Assembly: GCA_050951545.1 (NCBI GenBank)
Contig: JBMNJG010000006.1
Span: forward strand, 64,001 to 128,000
From: Limnochordia bacterium
GTDB taxonomy: Bacteria; Bacillota; Limnochordia; DTU080
Direction: 5' to 3'
DNA: 64,000 bases
How positions within the stretch are numbered: position 1 is the stretch's first letter; each line of letters starts with the position of its first letter. The notes under the pieces were generated by a model. It did no database searches, was not told the origin of the DNA, and saw nothing but the letters and a program-made list of their open reading frames with translations. Made by a program: the position numbers and the translations under genes. Positions 11,455 through 19,529 of this stretch are shown one piece after another.

Positions 11455-14400
11455 TTAGCGGAGCCGGAGTCGCAAGGCCCCCTTAGCCACGGCCTCTGCA
11501 GACAACGTGATCTGCACGCCTTGCTCGCCTATCTGGCATTTCAGCACCTGCCAGTCGCCCTCAGTTGGTAGCTCTTCCGCATCCAGGCACCAGGCTACGC
11601 GCTCACCATCGACTTCAGCTGCAGGCAAAGTGAACTGAAGTGGCGCCGTGGCGAAAACCTGCCACGTGCCATCTTCCTGACGCTCTACATAACCCGTCTG
11701 CATCACTTGCCAACTCTCGCCGCTAGCGAAGGGGAAGCCGCCAAGATGATCCTGGGTGACTATACGCGTCATGCCGCCTTCGAACGTCACCTTGCGCACT
11801 GGGTAGGCGGTCTGCTTCTTAGCGTCGGAGACGAAGACCTCGTGCCCCTCCAGAGCAGCCAACTCAGGGTGGATCCCCTCGATCGAGAAGCCATCAGTGG
11901 TGCTATCGGCGATGGCTCCCTGCAGAGCATCGTCCTCAGCGAGCAGCCGGAGGCCGTACTCACCAATGCTGATGCCCCTTCCACCGATCACGCCGAGAAT
12001 GTCTAGGCCAGAAGTCTGCAGTGAAGCCACGCCCGCCAGACCCTGGAATGACAGCTTCCCGTGCTGGGTATCCGCTGTGACGGTCTGGGGGTGGAGCCCA
12101 TGCAGCAGGTAGTCCCTATGGGCACCTGCCGTGACAACCACTGCCGCAGTGCCCTCAGCACCGCTCACCTGCTCACCTGTCAGTTCCAGAGCCCGTGCCT
12201 CTTGCACCAGAGGTTCACTGGAATAGCCCTCATATAGGCTCAGGTAACGGCTCTCCAGCGTATCAGTGGCAGCGTCTCGCCGCCGAATCACGAACGGCAG
12301 TGTGGTATACGGATCCTTGCTGGCCCGCTGACCCCATCCGTCAGCGATGAGGACCTGCTCATCGCCAGCCGCTATAGCCAGGGTTTGCAGGCGCCCGGTC
12401 CCCGTACGCCACTGCAGCCGCCAATCGCTGGCCTGCCCGCCACGCACGTTTGTAAACTGGTAGCGCGCCAGGGACGTGCTGTCCTCCTGGAGCTCAAGCC
12501 CTTCTGTCTCAAAGCGCTGACCTGGACCGTGAAACACCAGGTCATGCCGGTCGCCGCCCTGCACTCGGAAAACATCAAAGACGTAGCTATTCTCGCCCGG
12601 ATGCTCCATCTGGGCCACGAAGCGCCGGTAGATAGAGGCCCGAGGATAGGCCTGCGAAGTGCCCTCAGTCACTTTGTAGCGCCCCAGCGGGTGGAAGAGC
12701 TCTACATCACCGCCCCGGCTCATGGTGCGCTGGTCGCTCTCGTTAACCACCACCAAGTTGTGTGCCACCGACCGACGAGTCATGTACGCCTGCGGATGGT
12801 CCCACAGGTACCCGAGATCGGAGAGCAACTCCTGCCCGTCCTTCCAGTAGTAAAGGTCTAAGCTATCCAGGTGATGGTGGCCTCCCCAGTCCGAAATATT
12901 GAGGACCGCAGTGGCGTCCTTACCCCTGTCTCCCGCGCGTAGGTAGGCCAAGCGCCAGTCAGGGAACACCACATCTGGAAACTTGAGCGAGGGTGCGGCA
13001 CCGATGTCAAGGGAAGCATCGCGGTACATCATCAGAAGAAAGAGACTGCCCAGGCGCGTCCGCAGTAGGGCTCTGAACTCAGGTACCTCAAAGCGCACTG
13101 CCATGAGCAGGGTCATTATCTCCGACAGAGTACTTGTCGTGTAGGAGTCAGCAATTGGTGGGTAGCACAGGCTCGGGAGTAGACTGGCATACATGCACTC
13201 CCAGACGGCCTGGTACTTCGCGTCGCGATAGATGTCCAGGTTGTCATAGCGCAAACCGTAAACGTCCTTGTAGCCTGGAGGGTCGCTGTAGCCGTAGAGA
13301 ACCTCCCCGAGCTGCCAGAATGAGTTCAGTACCATCAGCCCATAGGCCGGGCTCTCAGAGGTCGCCCCGTCGGCGAGAAACCACTCATCGAGCGTACGGC
13401 GCAAGCCATCGAGGCCCCAGCGGACCAGTTCTGGGTCGCCGACCGTCGCCCCAATGGCCGCCACGGCTGTGCGGGCCGAGATGGTCTTGTTGTTGATCAC
13501 GTCATTCGCCAGCAACAACTTTGTACCCTCAAGTAACAGATCTGTCTCAATGGTGAGCCGCTCCTGGTATGTGAAGAGCGGACGGTTGTACTCATCCAGG
13601 GCATCGGCCACCAGATCGTAGGCCACGGTGACCGGAAGCAAGAAGCTACCCTCCATGCCTGAACCCGTCGCCCGCCCAGCCATCCAGTGTCCTGCGTGGA
13701 GTTGCCGGTTGGGACGGTTGGGAGGTACAACCAACTCATCCACTGGCAGCGCAGTAATATTCCCTGCCGCCTCCAAGGCATCGATATCCGCAAACTCATG
13801 GTAGCCAGAGTGCACCAGGTAGTTCGGGTAGACCTCGGCAAAGCGACTTAAAATCGTCTTCGCCTGCTTGGCATAGGCAATCTCACCTGTTATCGCGTAG
13901 AGCAGGCCCAGATCCTGCACCCGAGCCGCCATGTAGTTTACCTTGCAGGCTCTGATGTGGCCCGAAAATGAAGTAGCCAACGGAAAACCGCTGAACTCCC
14001 AGTTCTTGCTGCGGTGGAAGGTGAGCCGTTGCTCTTTCCCTTTGGAGGTGGCCACTATCACGATATCCTCAGGGAAATCGTCGTTGGGGAACTGACGGCC
14101 ACTCGATCGCTCAATGATCACATCAGGGGCGTAGGGCGACCACTGCCAATCTCCATGCGGAAAGCCGCGATCAGACAGCGGCGAGGGTGTCCAGTTCGTG
14201 CTCGTAGGCGTAGTCTCAGGAATCATGTGGGCAATCTGCTCTGGTGTGTAGCTCATCACCAGTGTCACATTGTTCAGGAGCGTGGAGAGGGCCTGGTAGG
14301 TGTAGGCATTCTGCGAGAAATTGCGCTTGGCGTTCTCCATGAATGCTCGCTTATACAAGCTAGCTGGCCGCTCTACCTGGCCACGCCACTCTGCCCAGCG

Positions 14401-15210
14401 CTCTAGACTGAAGGGAACCGAGAGCGGGCCCAACTGGGCCGCAAGCTCCGCCCCTCGCGCCAAGTTCTGCTGGCGCCTGATCTCGTCTAGCTCCTTTCCC
14501 TTCTCCTGTATGTCGCTGTCACCATAGGCGAAAGGTACCCAGACGCTGCGGTTCAGCTCCGTCCCTGCGAAGCCTTCTGAGAAAAGCAGCTCGCCGTCTA
14601 AAGTGACCCGCACGTCTTTGATGCGCGTCGTGCTCCAGCCCCCAGGGTCAGAATAGGGATTGGCCAGATAGGGTTGGCCTCCTGACGCATACCCCTTGCC
14701 CACGATTAGCCAAGGAAGGCCCGCCCCCGGTCGGGGTACGGACGTGAGAAACTGCCACTCCTCCATGTTGGGTGCGGCGTATATGTCCACCGTGTCGCCC
14801 TTCCAGACCAACCGCAGACCATTCCACTCACCCATCTGGGGCCGGACCGCGAACTCCTGTTCACGCACCCAGCTGCCCTCCACCGAGCCTTCCATACGGA
14901 AAATACCGCTGGAGATGCGGATGGCGATCCACTTGTTAGACTCCCAGTACAGATAGATACCGGGTGCCCACGAAGCACCCGGTGACCCCTCTACCTGCAT
15001 CTTAAGCTCCGCCACCAGGGCTTCCGCGGGATCCTTAGACAAGGCCATGGGATGCACTGCAAAGCCGAACAGATTCTGATGGCAATCGATCTGCAAAATC
15101 CCGTCACTTACCTGCAAACGTGAAGTGGTTTGGGCCAACGCGCCGCCCGTGAGCAAAAGGGAAGCAAGCAGTAGACTACACGACCAATGCCAGTGTATCC
15201 GTCGCTTCAT
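11455..15210 (-). CDS. secreted heparinase II/III-like polysaccharide lyase, paralogue 2 (1251 aa)
   Basis: Signal peptide ALA-Q, N-terminal beta-sandwich-like region, ESPAY, GGHHHLD, DLGY, AHNLVVV, YVFDVFRV. Confidence 0.9.
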   Translation of the reverse strand: MKRRIHWHWSCSLLLASLLLTGGALAQTTSRLQVSDGILQIDCHQNLFGFAVHPMALSKDPAEALVAELKMQVEGSPGASWAPGIYLYWESNKWIAIRISSGIFRMEGSVEGSWVREQEFAVRPQMGEWNGLRLVWKGDTVDIYAAPNMEEWQFLTSVPRPGAGLPWLIVGKGYASGGQPYLANPYSDPGGWSTTRIKDVRVTLDGELLFSEGFAGTELNRSVWVPFAYGDSDIQEKGKELDEIRRQQNLARGAELAAQLGPLSVPFSLERWAEWRGQVERPASLYKRAFMENAKRNFSQNAYTYQALSTLLNNVTLVMSYTPEQIAHMIPETTPTSTNWTPSPLSDRGFPHGDWQWSPYAPDVIIERSSGRQFPNDDFPEDIVIVATSKGKEQRLTFHRSKNWEFSGFPLATSFSGHIRACKVNYMAARVQDLGLLYAITGEIAYAKQAKTILSRFAEVYPNYLVHSGYHEFADIDALEAAGNITALPVDELVVPPNRPNRQLHAGHWMAGRATGSGMEGSFLLPVTVAYDLVADALDEYNRPLFTYQERLTIETDLLLEGTKLLLANDVINNKTISARTAVAAIGATVGDPELVRWGLDGLRRTLDEWFLADGATSESPAYGLMVLNSFWQLGEVLYGYSDPPGYKDVYGLRYDNLDIYRDAKYQAVWECMYASLLPSLCYPPIADSYTTSTLSEIMTLLMAVRFEVPEFRALLRTRLGSLFLLMMYRDASLDIGAAPSLKFPDVVFPDWRLAYLRAGDRGKDATAVLNISDWGGHHHLDSLDLYYWKDGQELLSDLGYLWDHPQAYMTRRSVAHNLVVVNESDQRTMSRGGDVELFHPLGRYKVTEGTSQAYPRASIYRRFVAQMEHPGENSYVFDVFRVQGGDRHDLVFHGPGQRFETEGLELQEDSTSLARYQFTNVRGGQASDWRLQWRTGTGRLQTLAIAAGDEQVLIADGWGQRASKDPYTTLPFVIRRRDAATDTLESRYLSLYEGYSSEPLVQEARALELTGEQVSGAEGTAAVVVTAGAHRDYLLHGLHPQTVTADTQHGKLSFQGLAGVASLQTSGLDILGVIGGRGISIGEYGLRLLAEDDALQGAIADSTTDGFSIEGIHPELAALEGHEVFVSDAKKQTAYPVRKVTFEGGMTRIVTQDHLGGFPFASGESWQVMQTGYVERQEDGTWQVFATAPLQFTLPAAEVDGERVAWCLDAEELPTEGDWQVLKCQIGEQGVQITLSAEAVAKGALRLRLR

Positions 15211-15268
15211 GCTCAGGATGACCCCCTTCGCTGCAAATCCCTGGTCTCACAGCAATACTGTCTGGCCT

Positions 15269-16582
15269 CTACTTGTCACCCAAAAGCTGCTTACCCAGGG
15301 TGATTCCCGCATTGATAAGCGCCTCGCCCGTACCGGGACGCAGACGCGTGGAGCGGGGCTCGTAACCGCCCTCTTCGTAGGCCTTGGCCGTGGGCACATA
15401 GCCGAGGTATCCATTAGACAGATTGGCAACCATGCCAAAGGCATCAGGAAAGGCTTCCTTGAAATCAATGCCGAGCTGACAGTACATTTCGCCAGGTCCG
15501 CTCATGATCAGGGCTGGCCCGATGCGCAAGCAGATGACCTCTTGATTGAATTGCAGTGGATCCTGTCTATAGTAATCCGCCCTGCGGGCGTTGACGCCGG
15601 CCACAGCCTTCTCCATACGCCCTACCCGCGGATCATCCAAGGCCTGGCGGCTCTTCTCCAGGAACTCATCAACTGGCATGCGCTCCAGATTCGCATCCAT
15701 CGAAGCGGCCCCGACCTGATCACAGGCAGTTGGGCTTATGCTCACAGCCACCCGCACCGTTTCACCAGCTAGCCCCATACCAATCTCCTCAGTATGCCTT
15801 GGCCAACGCTGCCGCCGCCCAGGGTTGTGAACGTCGTGCTGGTTGATGTCTCCGCTGGCTCCGTTGACCACGACTACGCCGAAGGGTCTCGTGCTACCCT
15901 TGGGCTGCATAGCAGCGCGTATCTTCTCGGCGGCCACCCCCACCCAGTCACCGGAGAAGAGCTTTCCACTCACAGTGTCGCAATGGCAGCCAAAGTGCGT
16001 GACCACGCCGATAGGCACCCCGTCGGGCCCGTCAAAGCGCAGCACAGTAACGTCGGTGTCCACAGGTCCAGCGGGCCTGACGATATCGGGATTGCCTGTC
16101 CCGGGATTCGTGTGTGCGTAACCATTCTTCATGAAAAACCGACGGTTGAATGAGACACCGGGCAGCGAGCCCCGACCAACACCGAGCTTCACATCCACCT
16201 GGTTGCGGAAGGCGATCTCCACCGCGCCAGCAGTAAGCCGCGCCCAGGTCTTCATGTACTCTTCGTCTCGCGTGAACCCCGGTCGGCGATGGACCACTGG
16301 CCCAGTGTGCGTGTGAGTAGCCGAGATCAGCACATGCGTTTCCGGAATGCCCACCCGCGCCTTGACCTGTTCCTTGACCGCCTGCACGTCCTCTGGCAGC
16401 ATCCCCAGCAGGTCCGTGACCACGAGAGCCACCTGCGTGTCATCTTGAGAGACCACGAGAGCCCTCGAGTACAGATCGTCTTTGATGCCCTCTGCTAGCC
16501 GTTCTTCGAAGTAGCCAGCCATTCCCGTTCCCATAGGAGGAGTGATAACTACCTCCCCAAAACCAGCCTGCATTCTATCCAC
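15269..16582 (-). CDS. neutral/alkaline non-lysosomal ceramidase-family amidohydrolase
   Basis: ITPP.G..MAGY, DDLYSRAL, SATHTHTGP, SFNRR, GPVD, FGCH, NGASGD, PGEMY, GYVPT...GGYE; alternative ATG at 16573. Confidence 0.88.
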   Translation of the reverse strand: MDRMQAGFGEVVITPPMGTGMAGYFEERLAEGIKDDLYSRALVVSQDDTQVALVVTDLLGMLPEDVQAVKEQVKARVGIPETHVLISATHTHTGPVVHRRPGFTRDEEYMKTWARLTAGAVEIAFRNQVDVKLGVGRGSLPGVSFNRRFFMKNGYAHTNPGTGNPDIVRPAGPVDTDVTVLRFDGPDGVPIGVVTHFGCHCDTVSGKLFSGDWVGVAAEKIRAAMQPKGSTRPFGVVVVNGASGDINQHDVHNPGRRQRWPRHTEEIGMGLAGETVRVAVSISPTACDQVGAASMDANLERMPVDEFLEKSRQALDDPRVGRMEKAVAGVNARRADYYRQDPLQFNQEVICLRIGPALIMSGPGEMYCQLGIDFKEAFPDAFGMVANLSNGYLGYVPTAKAYEEGGYEPRSTRLRPGTGEALINAGITLGKQLLGDK

Positions 16583-16681
16583 CTACTCCTCTGAATCATG
16601 GTTGGACCGAAAAAGAGTCCAGATAATGACAGTGCCCAGATCACCTTCCTGCTTTCCTCGCCCGGAAGCCGATTCCTTCGC

Positions 16682-17947
16682 CTAACGCTTGCCCTGCTTC
16701 TCGTAGAACTCTTTCATGATCGCGTTGGCTTGCCTGAAGATCTCTGGTACGGCTACCTCAACTGGAATATCGCCCCGCCACATCTGGGTAACCGTGGACC
16801 CGCTCACCAGGGCACGCGAGTATTCGCTGTAGGCCGGATTGGCCCAGTACTGCTCACCAGCGAAGTCCATGGCCTCGACAAAGGCCACCAAATTCTGCGG
16901 CGGCGTGATCCCTAAGAAAGTACGGCTAGCGATGCCAGTTTGCGTAGGGATGACCGCCCCCAAGGCATGGAACTCCAGAGCCTGTTCAGGCTGCATGATG
17001 AAGCGTACAAAGCTCTTCGCCAGCTCCCTGTTTGGGGAAGTGGCTGATATGGCCCATGTCTCGGGACTGGTGAAGGTGGTTCTGCTGCGCTCACCCTTGT
17101 ACTCGACATAGGGCATGGCCACCACATCCCAATCGAACTGGTCCTGCGCCCGAAACTTGGGCACATCAAAGACGCCGCGGTGCACCATGGCCACCTTGCC
17201 TGCCAGAGCGTTGACTAGGCTATCACCCGATGGAGCATGCACCCCCGTACGCCCTGACCGCATGTCCGCCCAGACGGAGACCCCGGCTAGGCGCAATGGG
17301 TCGCTGGCGATCATTGACCTGCCATCATCGGCGAAGAGCTTTCTACCATATCCCCAGGCCATGTGCGGCCAGTACATCTGCAGACCCCACTGGTCGGGCA
17401 CGCCATCACCAGTCAGGTCACGGGTCAAGGCCTTCCCCATCTGGATAGCGTCATCCCAAGTCCATCCATCACGAGGGAAAGCCAGTCCTGCCTGGCTTAA
17501 GAGGTCTTTGTTGTAGTACACGGTATGGGTGTTGATTCCAAAGGGAATCGCCAGCAGTTGCCCTTGCCAGCGAGAGCTGACCAGGGCCCCAGGGTGAATA
17601 TCCCGAATAGCCGCGTCTTTCGTCCATAGCTCATCCAGCGGCAGTAGGTGATCGTACATGCCGTAGAAATCCATGCCCATCCACATGACATCAACCGGGG
17701 TACCCGCAGCTGTCATGACCAGAAGGGTGTCGTAGTAGTTGCCAGTGATCTTGAGGACCTCCATCTCGACACCGGGATTGCGCTGGCAGAAGCGTTGAGC
17801 CCAGCCATCGTAAACCGGAAAACGCTCCGGCGAACTCCCCCGCATGGAGAAGGTCATCAGTGTCTTGGCCACAGCACCCGCAGTGCCGAAATGCCCTAGG
17901 GCCAGCGCCAACACGACCAATACCACAGACCAGGTTCGTTTCATCAT
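16682..17947 (-). CDS. ABC sugar solute-binding protein (family 1)
   Basis: Signal peptide AVA-K, AAGTPVDV, AIPFG..TVYYNKDL, WTWDD, DLTGDGVPDQWG. Confidence 0.92.
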   Translation of the reverse strand: MMKRTWSVVLVVLALALGHFGTAGAVAKTLMTFSMRGSSPERFPVYDGWAQRFCQRNPGVEMEVLKITGNYYDTLLVMTAAGTPVDVMWMGMDFYGMYDHLLPLDELWTKDAAIRDIHPGALVSSRWQGQLLAIPFGINTHTVYYNKDLLSQAGLAFPRDGWTWDDAIQMGKALTRDLTGDGVPDQWGLQMYWPHMAWGYGRKLFADDGRSMIASDPLRLAGVSVWADMRSGRTGVHAPSGDSLVNALAGKVAMVHRGVFDVPKFRAQDQFDWDVVAMPYVEYKGERSRTTFTSPETWAISATSPNRELAKSFVRFIMQPEQALEFHALGAVIPTQTGIASRTFLGITPPQNLVAFVEAMDFAGEQYWANPAYSEYSRALVSGSTVTQMWRGDIPVEVAVPEIFRQANAIMKEFYEKQGKR

Positions 17948-18124
17948 GTAACCCTCCAATCATGATGACTTGCTTTTCTACTAAGTGCACTGCCATGGTA
18001 TCAGAACAATCGCGTTCTTTGCTGAACCTCGACAGGTGTTACGTTTTTTACTTCCCCATAGATAACCCTACACCCTTTGTGGTAACCCAATTCATCACAT
18101 CGATAATTCGGGGGGGAGAAAACC

Positions 18125-18199
18125 GTGTCGAGATGGATGATAGTCTTCCTAACCCTGGTGATAGCGATGCCCGAACATACTGTTCGCTTGCTGCAATAG
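18125..18199 (+). pseudogene. orphan gene start resembling a signal peptide (24 codons)
   Basis: ggggggag RBS then MSRWMIVFLTLVIAMPEHTVRLLQ-stop, ending just before hairpin A copy 2. Confidence 0.35.
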
Positions 18200-18217
18200 A
18201 GAACCCGAGGCATTTTC

Positions 18218-18265
18218 CGTTGAAAAGACTGCGCAGACCGTGTGGGCAAGTGGCCTGCGCAGTCT
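18218..18265 (-). terminator. terminator hairpin, family A copy 2
   Basis: agactgcgcag...ctgcgcagtct with ttttcaacg on the minus strand, 23 bp past the TIM-barrel stop. Confidence 0.75.
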
Positions 18266-18287
18266 CCTGTGTTTGTCTCTTGACCAG

Positions 18288-19435
18288 CTAGCCCTGCAAC
18301 AGCTGCTGTAATGTATGAAAGGCCCTGGCCAAACCTTCTTTCCCTGGGATGTGCCCGCCATGCTCGATCGATAGATAACCCTGATAGCCCATGTCTTTCA
18401 GTGCGGCAATGGTAACGGCTGTGGGCATGACTCCTTCACCCACAACCGCTGCCTTGTAGAAGCGATTAGGTTGGCCAGGTACTGGAAACGCACCACGCCC
18501 GTGTTCATCGACTACCGTCCAGTCTTTGAGGTGCACATGCCTGATGTCATCGTACAGAATCTCCAGAGCCGCGAGCGGGTCCTCGCCTCCCAGCAGGAAG
18601 TTGCCTCCGTCATAAGTGATCCGGCAATCGGGTGCCGTCTGGAGGAACTCCTTCATGTGCCGAACGCGGCCACGGAACTCCACGTATAACCCTGATAGCC
18701 CATGTCTTTCAGTGCGGCAATGGTAGCGGCTGTGGGCATGACTCCTTCACCCACAACCGCTGCCTTGTAGAAGCGATTAGGTTGGCCAGGCACTGGAAAC
18801 GAACCACGCCCGTGTTCATCGACTACCGTCCAGTCTTTGAGGTGCACATGCCTGATGTCATCGTACAGAATCTCCAGAGCCGCGAGCGGGTCCTCGCCTC
18901 CCAGCAGGAAGTTACCTCCGTCATAAGTGATCCGGCAATCGGGTGCCGTCTGGAGGAACTCCTTCATGTGCCGAACGCGGCCACGGAACTCCACGTGCAT
19001 GCCGTAGTTTTCGTTGGTCACAGTAACCCCTCGTGCCTTGCCATACATAGCACAGGCCTGAAGCCCAGAGGCTATCAGCTCCCGTCCTCGCTCATCTGGA
19101 ACCGCTGGCTTAGGGTTGCCCGGCACGATCATCACTGTGTTACCACCGAGACGAGCAGCTCTATCGATCTCCCGGTTAGTCTTGTCGATCGCCTGAGCTA
19201 GGGCTTCGCTATCCTCACAGACAAAATCCGAAATAATGATGTATGCGGCAAGTTCCAGCCCATGCCGTCGCAGTAGGCCGCGTACCTCATCATCAGACAT
19301 CGCCGCGATTTCCCTATCGGCAATCTCGACGCCGTCTAGACCAAGCTCACCGCAGTAGGAAATGATGTCTTGCACAGTTGCCCTTCCTGCTCGTATGTCA
19401 CGGGAAAACGACATCAGCATTACAGACAGCTTCAT
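18288..19435 (-). CDS. sugar phosphate isomerase/epimerase (xylose isomerase-like TIM barrel), interrupted by a 311-bp tandem duplication
   Basis: GLDGVEI, TNEN, YDGGNF, HVHLKD, VGEG, GYQGYLSIE; removing one repeat unit restores a ~278-aa ORF. Confidence 0.9.
18375..18996. repeat. tandem direct duplication, 2 x 311 bp (18375-18685 and 18686-18996)
   Basis: Copies differ at only 4 positions: 18415/18726, 18480/18791, 18491/18802, 18603/18914. Confidence 0.97.
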
Positions 19436-19529
19436 AGAAAGAAGCCGCCACGCACCCCCCCATTGAGCGCGAGGATGGTGGCGGGCTCTCACCTCTTTTC
19501 GTCTTCGAAAGGATCCACCAAACGTGGTC

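Noticed and set aside
18375-18996. Diversity-generating retroelement TR/VR pair
   Set aside because: The four mismatches are not adenine-specific on either strand, and there is no reverse transcriptase in the window
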